Source: the human T2T-CHM13v2.0 reference genome, Homo sapiens. From it: a stretch of DNA of 64,000 bases. The notes under the pieces are model-generated. The model saw only the letters and a program-made list of their open reading frames with translations, did not search any database and was not told the origin of the DNA. Where the stretch lies: NCBI RefSeq assembly GCF_009914755.1, contig NC_060933.1; one strand, 5' to 3'. Below, piece by piece: positions 26,751-40,300 of this stretch. Each line of letters begins with the position of its first letter. Within the stretch, counting starts at the first letter, position 1. The position numbers and the translations under genes are program-made.

Positions 26751-29700
26751 GTTCCATTCCATTCCATTCCATTCTTTTCGGGTTAATTCCATTCCATTCC
26801 ATTCGATTGCAATCGAGTTGATTCCATTCCATTCCATTCCATTCCATTCCATTCCATTCCATTCCTTTCCATTCCATTACGGATGATTCCATTCCATTGC
26901 ATTCCATTCCATTCCATTCCCCTATACTCGGGTTGATTCCATTCCATTCCATTCCAATCCATGCCATTCCACTCGTGTTGATTCCATTCTTTCCATTCCA
27001 TTCAAGTTGAATCCATTCCATTGCATTCCATTCCATTCGATTCCATTCGATTGCACTCGGGTTGATTCCATTCCATTGCATTCCATTCCATTCCGTTCCA
27101 TTCCATTCCATTCCGTTCCATTCCATTTCATTACATTCAGATTGATTCTATTCAATTCCCTTACACTCCATTATATTCCAATCCATTCTGGTTGTCTCCA
27201 TTCCATTCCATTCCATTTCACTCCATTCCATTGCACTCGGGTTGATTCCATTCCATTCCATTACATTCCATTCCGTTCCATTCCGGATGATTCCATTCCA
27301 TTGCATTCCATTCCATTCCATTCCCCTGCACTCGGGTTGATTCCATTCCATTCCATTCCATTACATTCCCTTCCATTCTATTCCATTCCATTCGGATTGA
27401 TTCTATTCAATTCCCTTACACTCCATTACATTCCATTCCATTCGGGTAGTTTCCTTTCCATTCCATTCCATTCCTCTCCATTCCATTGCACTCGGGTTGA
27501 TTCCATTCCATTCCATTCCATTCCATTCCATTCCATTACATTCCATTCCATTCCATTCCATTCCGTTCCATTGTACTCGGGTTGATTCCATTCCATTGCA
27601 TTCCATTCCATTCCATTCCATTCCATTCCATTCCATTCCGTTCCATTCCATTACATTCGGATTGATTCTATTCAACTCCCTTACTCTCCATTACATTACA
27701 TTCCATTCGGGTTGTTCCATTCCATTCCAATCCATTCCACTCCATTCCATTGCGCTCGGGTTGATTCCATTCCATTGCATTCCATTCCATTCCATTCCAT
27801 TCCATTCCGGATGATTCCATTCCATTGCATTCCGTTCCATTACATTCCCCTGCACTCGGGTTGATTCCATTCCATTCCATTCCATTCCATTCGTTCCATT
27901 CCATTCCAATTCTTTCCATTCCATTCTATTCCGTACCATTCCATTCCATTCCATACAATTCCATTCCATTCCATTCCACTCCGTTCCGTTCCGTTCCGTT
28001 CTGTTCCGTTCCATTCCATTCCACTCCATTCTATTCGGTTTAATTCCATTCCATTCCATTCCATTCCATTCTATTCCATTCCATTGCAATCGAGTTGAAT
28101 CCATTGCATTCCATTCCATTCCATTCCATTCCATTCCATTGCATTCCGGAAGATTCCATTCCATTGCATTCCATTCCATTCCATTCCATTCCATTCCATT
28201 CCATTCCATTGTACTCGGGTTGATTCCATTCCATTGCATTGCATTCCATTCAATTCCATTCCATTCCATTCCGTTCCATTCCATTCCATTACATTCGGAT
28301 TGATTCTTTTCAACTCCCTTACTCTCCATTACATTCCATTCCATTCGGGTAGTTTCCATTCCATTCCATTCCATTCCTCTCCATTCCATTGCATCGGGTT
28401 GATTCCATTCCATTCCATTCCATTCCATTCCATTCCATTCCATTCCGGATGATTCCATTCCATTGCATTCCGTTCCATTACATTCCCCTGCACTCGCGTT
28501 GATTCCATTCCATTCCATTCCATTCCATTCAATTCCATTCCATTACAATTCGTTCCATTCCATTCTATTCCGTACCATTCAATTCCATTCCATACCATTC
28601 CATTCCATTCCATTCCGTTCCATTCCGTTCCATTCTGTTCCATTCCATTCCATTCCATTCTATTCGGGTTAATTCCATTCCATTCCATTCCATTCCATTC
28701 CATTCCATTCTGTTCCATTCCATTGCATTCGAGTTGAATCCATTGCATTTCATTCCATTCCATTCCATTCCGGAAGATTCCATTCCATTGCATTCCAGTC
28801 CATTCCATTCCCCTGCACTCGCGTTGATTCCATTCCATTCCATTCCATTCCATTCCATTCATTCCGTTCCGTTCCGTTCCATTCCATTCCATTCCATTCC
28901 ATTCCATTCCGTTCCGTTCCATTCCATTCCATTCCATTCTATTCGGGTTAATTCCATTCCATTCCATTCGATTGCAATCAAGTTGATTCCATTCCATTCC
29001 ATTCCATTCCATTCCATTCCATTCCTTTCCATTCCCTTCCGGATGTTCCCATTCCATTGCATTCCATTCCATTCCATTCCCCTGTACTCGGGTTGATTCC
29101 ATTCCATTGCATTCCAATCCATGCCCTTCCACTCGTGTTGATTCCATTCTTTCCATTCCATTCAAGTTGAATCCATTCCATTGCATTCCATTCCATTCGA
29201 TTCCATTCGATTGCACTCGGGTTGATTCCATTCCGTTGCATTGCATTCCATTCCATTCCATTCCATTCCATTCCATTCCATTCCATTCCGTTCCATTCCA
29301 TTCCATTACATTCGGATTGATTCTATTCAATTCCCTTACAATCCATTACATTCCATTCCATTCGGGTAGTTTCCATTCCATTCCATTCCATTCCTCTCCA
29401 TTCCATTGCACTCGGGTTGATTCCATTCCATTGCATTCCATTCCATTCCATTCAATTCCATTCCGTTCCATTCCATTCCATTACATTCGGATTGATTCTA
29501 TTCAACTCCCTTACTCTCCATTACATTCCATTCCATTCGGGTTGTTCCATTCCATTCCATTCCATTCCACTCCATTCCATTGCACTCGGGTTTATTCCAT
29601 TCCATTCCATTCCATTCCATTCCATTCCATTCCATTCCTTTCCGTTCCATTCCATTCCATTCCAATCCATTCCATTCCGTTCCGTTCCGTTCCATTCCAT

Positions 29701-31870
29701 TCCATTCCATTCTATTCGGGTTAATTCCATTCCATTCCATTCGATTGCAATCGAGTTGATTCCATTCCATTCCATTCCATTCCATTCCATTCCATTCCAT
29801 TCCTTTCCATTCCATTACGGATGATTCCATTCCTTTGCATTCCATTCCATTCCATTCCCCTGTACTCGGGTTGATTCCATTCCATTCCATTCCAATCCAT
29901 GCCATTCCACTCGTGTTGATTCCATTCTTTCCATTCCATTTAAGTTGAATCCATTCCATTGCATTCCATTCCATTCCATTCCCCTGCAGTCGGGTTGATT
30001 CCATTCCATTCCATTCCATTCCAATCCATTCCATTCCATTCCATTCCGTTCCGTTCCGTTCCGTTCCATTCCATTCCATTCCATTCTATTCGGGTTAATT
30101 CCATTCCATTCCATTCCATTCCATTCCAATCGAGTTGATTCCATTCCATTCCATTCCATTCCACTCCATTCCATTCCTTTCCATTCCATTCCACTCGGGT
30201 TGATTCCAATGTATTCCTTTCCATTCCATTCCATTCCATTGCAATCGAGTTGATTCCATTGCTTTGCATTCCATTCCATTCCATTCCATTCCGGATGATT
30301 CCATTCCATTGCATTCCATTCCATTCCATTCCCCTGCACTCGGGTTGATTCCATTCCATTCCATTCCATTCCGTTCCATTCCATTCCATTCCATTGTATT
30401 CGGGTTAATTCCATTCCATTCCATTCCATTCCATTCCATTACAATCGAGTTGATTCCATTCCATTCCATTCCATTCCAGTCCTTTCCATTCCATTCCACT
30501 CGGGTTGATTCCATTCTATTAATTTCCATTCCATTCCATTCCCTTCCATTCCACTCTGGTTGATACCATTCCTTTCCATTCCACTCGAATACATTCCCTC
30601 CTATTCCACTCGGAACGATTCCATTCCATTCCATTCCATTCCATTCCATTCCATTCCATTCCATTCCATTCCATTCCATTCAATTTCGTTCCATTCCATT
30701 CTATTCCGTATCATTCCATTCCATTCCATTCCATTCCATTCCATTCCATTCCATTCCATTCCATTCCATTGTACTCAGGTTGATTCAATTCCATTGCATT
30801 CCATTCCATTCCATTCCATTCCATTCCATTCCATTCCGTTGCATTCCATTCTATTACATTCGGATTGATTCTATTCAACTCCCTTACTCTCCATTACATT
30901 CCATTCCATTCGGGTTGTTCCATTCCATTCCATTCCATTCCACTCCATTCCATTGCACTCGGGTTGATTCCATTCCATTCCATTCCATTCCATTCCATTC
31001 CGGATGATTCCATTCCATTGCATTCCGTTCCATTACATTCCCCTGCACTCGCGTTGATTCCATTCCATTCCATTCCATTCCATTCAATTCCATTCCATTA
31101 CAATTCGTTCCAATCCATTCTATTCCGTACCATTCCATTCCATTCCATACCATTCCATTCCATTCCATTCCATTCCATTCCATTCCGTTCCATTCCGTTC
31201 CATTCCATTCCATTCCATTCTATTCGGATTAATTCCATTCCATTCCATTCCATTCCATTCTATTCCATTCCATTGCAATCGAGTTGAATCCATTGCATTT
31301 CATTCCATTCCATTCCATTCCATTCCATTCCGGAAGATTCCATTCCATTGCATTCCAATCCATTCCATTCCCCTGCACCCGCTTTGATTCCATTCCGTTC
31401 CATTCCATTCCATTCCATTCCATTCCGTTCCGTTCCATTCCATTCCATTCCATTCCATTCCATTCCATTGCTTTCCGTTCCATTCCATTCCATTCCATTC
31501 TATTCGGGTTAATTCCATTCCATTCCGTTCGATTGCAATCGAGTTGATTCCATTCCATTCTATTCCATTCCATTCCATTCCATTCCATTCCTTTCCATTC
31601 CATTACGGATGATTCCATTCCATTGCATTCCATTCCATTCCATTCCCCTGTACTCGGGTTGATTCCATTCCATTCCATTCCAATCCATGCCATTCCACTC
31701 GTGTTGATTCCATTCTTTCCATTACATTCAAGTTGAATCCATTCCATTGCATTGCATTCCATTCCATTCCCCTGCAGTCGGGTTGATTCCATTCCATTCC
31801 ATTCCATTCCATTCCATTCCATTCCATTCCGTTCCGTTCCATTCCATTCCATTCCATTCTATTCGGGTTA
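21050..31870 (+). repeat. Tandem duplication of a ~5.7-5.8-kb unit (~21.05-26.76 kb, then ~26.76-31.87 kb)
   Basis: Entry marker ATTCTTTTCGGGTTAATT at ~21055 and ~26771. Shared GCATCGGG (~22452/~28391), GCAATCAAG (~23185/~28974), TACAATCC (~23528/~29337), CTATTAATTTCC (~24707/~30516) and GTACTCAGG (~24947/~30771). ORF offsets are 5809 bp (23608/29417, 24751/30560). Confidence 0.88.
23281..23433 (+). repeat. pHuR98-like Sat III module (representative copy; dozens in the window), suggesting the chr9q12-type subfamily
   Basis: Sequence CCCCTGTACTCGGGTTGATT...CCAATCCATGCCATTCCACTCGTGTTGATTCCATTCTTTCCATTCCATTCAAGTTGAATCC...CGATTCCATTCGATTGCACTCGGGTTGATT. It contains the reverse complement of AATCAACCCGAGTGCAATCG, which I recall as a pHuR98-derived Sat III primer. 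The chromosome assignment is recollection, not an alignment. Confidence 0.65.
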
Positions 31871-34800
31871 ATTCCATTCCATTCCATTCCATTCCATTCC
31901 AATCGAGTTGATTCCATTCCATTCCATTCCATTCCATTCCACTCCATTCCAGTCCTTTCCATTCCATTCCACTCGGGTTGATTCCAATGTATTCCTTTCC
32001 ATTCCATTCCATTCCATTGCAATCGAGTTTATTCCATTGCTTTGCATTCCATTCCATTCAATTCCATTCCGGATGATTCCATTCCATTGCATTCCATTCC
32101 ATTCCATTCCCCTGCACTAGGGTTGATTCCATTCCATTCCACTCCATTCCGTTCCATTCCATTCTATTCGGGTTAATTCCATTCCATTCCATTCGATTGC
32201 AATCGAGTTGATTCCATTCCATTCTATTCCATTCCATTCCATTCCATTCCATTCCTTTCCATTCCATTCCTTTACGGATGATTCCATTCCATTGCGTTCC
32301 ATTCCATTCCATTCCCCTGTACTCGGGTTGATTCCATTCCATTCCATTCCAATCCATGCCATTCCACTCGTGTTGATTCCATTCTTTCCATTCCATTCAA
32401 GTTGAATCCATTCCATTGCATTCCATTCCATTCCATTCCCCTGCAGTCGGGTTGATTCCATTCCATTCCGTTCCATTCCATTCCATTCCATTCCATTCCG
32501 TTCCGTTCCATTCCATTCCATTCCATTCTATTCGGGTTAATTCCATTCCATTCCATTCCATTCCATTTCAATCGAGTTGATTCCATTCCATTCCATTGCA
32601 TTCCATTCCATTCCACTCCATTCCAGTCCTTTCCATTCCATTACACTCGGGTTGATTCCAATGTATTCCTTTCCATTCCATTCCATTCCATTGCAATCGA
32701 GTTGATTCCATTGCTTTGCATTCCATTCCATTCCATTCCATTCCGGATGATTCCATTCCATTGCATTCCATTCCATTCCATTCCCCTGCACTCGGGTTGA
32801 TTCCATTCCATTCCACTCCATTCCGTTCCGTTCCATTCCATTCCATTGTATTCGGGTTAATTCCATTCCATTCCATTCCATTCCATTACATTCGAGTTGA
32901 TTCCATTCCATTCCATTCCATTCCAGTCCTTTCCATTCCCTTCCACTCGGGTTGATTCCATTCTATTAGTTTCCATTCCATTCCATTCCCTTCCATTCCA
33001 CTCTGGTTGATACCGTTCCTTTCCATTCCACTCGAATACATTCCCTCCTATTCCACTCGGAACGATTCCATTCCATTCCATTCCATTCCATTCCATTCCA
33101 TTCCATTCCATTTCGTTCCATTCCATTCTATTCCGAATCATTCCATTCCATTCCATTGCATTCCATTCCATTCCATTCCGTTCCATTGTACTCGGGTTGA
33201 TTCAATTCCATTGCATTCCATTCCATTCCATTCCATTCCATTCCATTCCATTCCATTCCATTCCATTCCGTTGTATTCCATTCCATTACATTCGGATTGA
33301 TTCTATTCAACTCCCTTACTCTGCATTCCATTCCATTCCATTCGGGTTGTTCCATTCCATTCCATTCCATTCCATTCTACTGCATTCCATTGCACTCGGG
33401 TTGATTCCATTCCATTCCATTCCATTCCATTCCATTCCATTCCGGATGATTCCATTACATTGCATTCCGTTCCATTATATTCCCCTGCACTCGCGTTGAT
33501 TCCATTCCATTCCATTCCATTCCATTCAATTCCATTCCATTACAATTCGTTCCATTCCATTCTATTCCGTACCATTCCATTCCATTCCATACCATTCCAT
33601 TCCATTATATTCCATTCCATTCCGTTCCATTCCGTTCCATTCCATTCCATTCCATTCTATTCGGATTAATTCCATTCCATTCCATTCCATTCCATTCTAT
33701 TCCATTCCATTGCAATCGAGTTGAATCCATTGCATTTCCTTCCATTCCATTCCATTCCATTCCATTCCGGAAGATTCCATTCCATTGCATTCCATTCCAT
33801 TGCATTCCCCTGCACTCGCGTTGATTCCATTCCATTCCATTCCGTTCCATTCCACTCCGTTCCGTTCCGTTCCATTCCATTCCATTCCATTCCATTCCGT
33901 TCCGTTCCGTTCCATTCCATTCCATTCCATTCTATTCGGGTTAATTCCATTCCATTCCATTCGATTGCAATCGAGTTGATTCCATTCCATTCCATTCCAT
34001 TCCATTCCATTCCATTCCTTTCCATTCCATTACGGATGATTCCATTCCATTGCATTCCATTCCATTCCATTCCCCTGTACTCGGGTTGATTCCATTCCAT
34101 TCCATTCCAATCCATGCCATTCCACTCGTGTTGCTTCCATTCTTTCCATTCCATTCAAGTTGAATCCATTCCATTGCATTCCATTCTATTCGATTCCATT
34201 CGATTGCACTCGGTTTGATTGCATTCCATTGCATTCCATTCCATTCCATTCCATTCCATTCCATTCCCTTCCATTCCACTCTGGTTGATTCCATTCCTTT
34301 CCATTCCACTCAAATACATTCCCTCCTATTCCACTCGGAACGATTCCATTCCATTCCATTCCATTCCATTCCATTCCATTCCATTCCATTTCGTTCCATT
34401 CCATTCTATTCCATATCATTCCATTCCATTCCATTCCATTCCATTCTATTCCATTCCATTCCACTCCATTCCATTGCACTCGGGTTGATTCCATTCCATT
34501 CCATTCCATTCCATTCCGGAAGATTCCATTCCATTGCATTCCATTCCATTCCATTCCCCTGCACTCGCGTTGATTCCATTCCATTCCATTCTATTCCATT
34601 CCATTCCCTTCCTTTCCGTTCCATTCCATTCCATCCCATTCCATTCCATTCCGTTCCGTTCCATTCCATTGCATTCCATTCTATTCGGGTTAATTCCATT
34701 CCATTCCATTCGATTGCAATCGAGTTGATTCCATTCCATTCCATTCCATTCCATTCCATTCCATTCCTTTCCATTCCATTACGAATGATTCCACTCCATT

Positions 34801-37329
34801 GCATTCCATACCATTCCATTCCCCTATACTCGGGTTGATTCCATTCCATTCCATTCCAATCCATGCCATTCCACTCGTGTTGATTCCATTCTTTCCATTC
34901 CATTCAAGTTGAATCCATTCCATTGCATTCCATTCCATTCGATTCCATTCCATTGCACTCGGGTTGATTCCATTCCATTGCATTCCATTCCATTCCATTA
35001 CATTCCATTCCATTCCGTTCCATTCCATTTCATTACATTCAGACTGATTCTATTCAATTCCCTGACACTCCATTATATTCCAATCCATTCTGGTTGTCTC
35101 CATTCCATTCCATTCCATTCCATTCCATTGCAATCGAGTTGATTCCATTCCATTCCTTTCCATTCCATTCCATTGCCTTGTATTCCAATCGGGGTGATTC
35201 CATTCCCTTCTTTCCACTCCATTACATTCCCTTCCATTCCACTCGGAATGATTGATTCCATTCCATTCCATTCCATTTCATTCCATTGCAATCCATTCCA
35301 ATCCATTCCATTCCATTCCATTCCACTCGAGTTGATTTCATTCCATTCCTTTCCATTCCATTCCATTGCTTTCCACTCGAGTTGATTCCATTCCATTCCA
35401 TTCCATTCCATTCCATTCCATTCCATTCCATTCCGTTGCATTCCATTCCATTACATTCGGATTGATTCTATTCAACTCCCTCACTCTCCATTACATTCCA
35501 TTCCATTCGGGTTGTTTCATTCCATTCAATTCCATTCCACTCCATTCCATTGCACTCGGGTTGATTCCATTCCATTCCATTCCATTCCATTCCATTCCGG
35601 ATGATTCCATTCCATTGCATTCCGTTCCATTACATTCCCCTGCACTCGTGTTGATTCCATTCCATTCCACTCCATTCCATTGAATTCCATTCCATTACAA
35701 TTCGTTCCATTCCATTCTATTCCGTACCATTCTATTCCATTTCATACCATTCCATTCCATTCCATTCCATTCCATTCCATTCAGTTCCATTCCGTTCCAT
35801 TCCATTCCATTCCATTCTATTCGGGTTAATTCCATTCCATTCCATTCCATTCCATTCCATTCTATTCCATTCCATTGCAATCGAGTTGAATCCATTGCAT
35901 TTCATTCCATTCCATTCCATTCCATTCCATTCCGGAAGATTCCATTCCATTGCATTCCATTCCATTCCATTCCCCTGCACTCGTGTTGATTCCATTCCAT
36001 TCCATTGCATTCCATTCCATTCCATTCCATTCCATTCCGTTGCATTCCATTCCATTACATTCGGATTGATTCTATTCAACTCCCTTAGTCTCCATTCCAC
36101 TCCATTCCATTCGGGTTGTTCCATTCCATTCCATTCCATTCCACTCCATTCCATTGCACTCGGGTTGATTCCATTCCATTCCATTCCGTTCCATTCCATT
36201 CCATTACATTCGGATTGATTCTATTCAATTCCCTTACACTCCATTACATTCCATTCCATTCGGGTAGTTTCCATTCCATTCCATTCCGTTCCTCTCCATT
36301 CCTTTGCACTCGGGTTGATTCCATTCCATTCCATTCCATTCCATTCCATTCCATTCTATTCTATTCCATTGCAATCGAGTTGAATCCATTGCATTCCATT
36401 CCATTCCATTCCATTCCATTCCTTTCCATTCCGGAAGATTCCATTCCATTGCATTCCATTCCATTCCATTCCGTTCCATTCCATTCCATTCCATTCCATT
36501 CCATTGTACCCGGGTTGATCCCATTCCATTGCATTCCATTCCATTCCATTCAATTCCATTCCGTTCCATTCCATTCCATTACATTCGGATTGATTCTTTT
36601 CAACTCCCTTACTCTCCATTACATTCCATTCCATTCGGGTTGTTCCATTCCATTCCGTTCCATTCCACTCCATTCCATTGCACTCGGGTTGATTCCATTC
36701 CATTCCATTCCATTCCATTCCGGATGATTCCTTTCCATTGCATTCCGTTCCATTACATTCCCCTGCACTCGGGTTGATTCCATTACATTCCATTCCATTC
36801 CATTCCATTCCATTCCATTCTCCTGCACTCGCGTTGATTCCATTCCATTCCATTCCATTCCAATCCATTCCATTCCATTCCTTTCCATTCCAGTCCTTTC
36901 CATTCCATTCCACTAGGGTTGATTCCATTCTATTAGTTTCCATTCCATTCCATTCCCTTCCATTCCACTCTGGTTGATTCCATTCCTTTCCATTCCACTC
37001 GAATACATTCCCTCCTATTCCACTCGGAACGATTCCATTCCATTCCATTCCATTCCATTCCATTCCATTCCATTCCATTCCATTTCGTTCCATTCCATCC
37101 TATTCCGTATCATTCCATTCCATTCCATTCCATTCCATTCCATTCCATTCCATTCCATTCCATTCCACTCGTGTTGATTCCATTCCTTTCCATTCCATTC
37201 GGTTTGAAGGCATTCCATTCCATTCCATTCCATTCCATTCCATTCCATTCCATTGTACTCGGGTTGATTCCATTCCATTGCATTCCATTCCATTCCATTC
37301 CATTCCATTCCGTTGCATTCCATTCCATT

Positions 37330-40300
37330 ACATTCTGATTGATTCTATTCAACTCCCTTACTCTCCATTACATTCCATTCCATTCGGATTGTTCCATTCC
37401 ATTCCATTCAATTCCACTCCATTCCATTGCACTCGGGTTGATTCCATTCCATTCCATTCCATTCCATTCCATTCTATTCCGGATGATTCCATTCCATTGC
37501 ATTCCGTTCCATTACATTCCCCTGCACTCGCGCTGATTCCATTCCATTCCATTCCATTCTATTCAATTCCATTCCATTACAATTCGTTCCATTCCATTCT
37601 ATTCCGTACCATTCCATTCCATTCCATACCATTCCACTCCATTCCATTCCGTTCCATTCCGTTCCATTCCATTCCGTTCCATTCCATTCCATTCTATTTG
37701 GGGTAATTCCATTCCATTCCATTCCATTCCATTCTATTCCATTCCATTGCAGTCGAGTTGAATCCATTGCATTTCATTCCATTCCATTCCATTCCATTCC
37801 GGAAGATTCCATTCCATTGCATTCCATTCCATTCCATTGCATTCCATTCCATTCCATTCCCCTGCACTCGCGTTGATTCCATTCCATTCCATTCCATTCC
37901 ATTCCATTCCGTTCCGTTCCATTCCATTCCATTCCATTCCATTCCGTTCCGTTCCATTCCATTCCATTCCATTCTATTCGGGTTAATTCCATTCCATTCG
38001 ATTCGATTGCAACCGTGTTGATTCCATTCCCTTCCATTCCATTCCATTCCATTCCATTCCTTTCCATTCCATTACGGATGATTCCATTCCATTGCATTCC
38101 ATTCCATTCCATTCCCCTGTACTCGAGTTGATTCCATTCCATTGCATTCCAATCCATGCCCTTCCACTCGTGTTGATTCCATTCTTTCCATTCCATTCAA
38201 GTTGAATCCATTCCATTGCATTCCATTCCATTCGATTCCATTCGATTGCACTCGGGTTGATTCCATGCCATTGCATTCCATTCCATTCCATTCCATTCCA
38301 TTCCATTCCATTCCATTCCGTTCCATTCCATTCCATTACATTCGGATTGATTCTATTCAATTCCCTTACACTCCATTACATTCCATTCCATTCGGGTAGT
38401 TTCCATTCCATTCCATTCCATTCCTCTCCATTCCATTGCACTCGGGTTGATTCCATTCCATTGCATTCCATTCCATTCCATTCAATTCCATTCCGTTCCA
38501 TTCCATTCCATTACATTCGGATTGACTCTATTCAACTCCCTTACTCTCCATTACATTCCATTCCATTCGGGTTGTTCCATTCCATTCCATTCCATTCCAC
38601 TCCATTCCATTGCACTCGGGTTTATTCCATTCCATTCCATTCCATTCCATTCCATTCCATTCCATTCCGGAAGATTCCATTCCATTGCATTCCATTCCAT
38701 TCCATTCCCCTGCACTCGCGTTGATTCCATTCCATTCCATTCCATTCCATTCCGTTCCATTCCATTCCATTCCATTCCATTCCATTCCAATCCATTCCAT
38801 TCCGTTCCGTTCCGTTCCATTCCATTCCATTCCATTCTATTCGGGTTAATTCCATTCCATTCCTTTCGATTGCAATCGAGTTGATTCCATTTCATTCTAT
38901 TCCATTCCATTCCATTCCTTTCCATTCCATTACGGATGATTCCATTCCATTGAATTCCATTCCATTCTATTCCCCTGTACTCGGGTTGATTCCATTCCAT
39001 TCCATTCCAATCCATGCCATTCCACTCGTGTTGATTCCATTCTTTCCATTCCATTCAAGTTGAATCCATTCCATTGCATTCCATTCCATTCCATTCCCCT
39101 GCAGTCGGGTTGTTTCCATTCCATTCCATTCCATTCCATTCCATTCCATTCCATTCCATTCCGTTCCGTTCCATTCCATTCCATTCCATTCTATTCGGGT
39201 TAATTCCATTCCATTCCATTCCATTCCATTCCAATCGAGTTGATTCCATTCCATTCCATTCCATTCCATTCCACTCCATTCCAGTCCTTTCCATTCCATT
39301 CCACTCGCGTTGATTCCAATGTATTCCTTTCCATTCCATTCCATTCCATTGCAATCGAGTTGATTCCATTGCTTTGCATTCCATTCCATTCCATTCCATT
39401 CCGGGTGATTCCATTCCATTGCATTCCATTCCATTCCATTCCCCTGCACTCGGGTTGATTCCATTCCATTCCACTCCATTCCGTTCCATTCCATTCCATT
39501 CCATTGTATTCGGGTTAATTCCATTCCATTCCATTCCATTCCGTTCCATTCCATTCCATTCCATTCCATTACAATCGAGTTGATTCCATTCCATTCCATT
39601 CCATTCCAGTCCTTTCCATTCCATTCCACTCGGGTTGATTCCATTCTATTAGTTTCCATTCCATTCCATTCCCCTCCATTCCACTCTGGTTGATACCATT
39701 CCTTTCCATTCCACTCGAATACATTCCCTCCTATTCCACTCGGAACGATTTCATTCCATTCCATTCCATTCCATTCCATTCCATTCCATTCCATTCCATT
39801 CCATTTCGTTCCATTCCATTCTATTCCGTATCATTCCATTCCATTCCATTCCATTCCATTCCATTCCATTCCATTCCATTCCATTCCATTGTACTCGGGT
39901 TGATTCAATTCCATTGCATTCCATTCCATTCCATTCCATTCCATTCCGTTGCATTCCATTCCATTACATTCGGATTGATTCTATTCAACTCCCTTACTCT
40001 CCATTACATTCCACTCCATTCGTGTTGTTCCATTCCATTCCATTCCATTCCACTCCATTCCATTGCACTCGGGGTGATTCCATTCCATTCCATTCCATTC
40101 CATTCCATTCCGGATGATTCCATTCCATTGCATTCCGTTCCATTACATTCCCCTGCACTCACGTTCATTCCATTCCATTCCATTCCATTCCATTCAATTC
40201 CATTCCATTACAATTCGTTCCATTCCATTCTATTCCGTACCATTCCATTCCATTCCATACCGTTGCATTCCATTCCATTCCATTCCATTCCGTTCCATTC

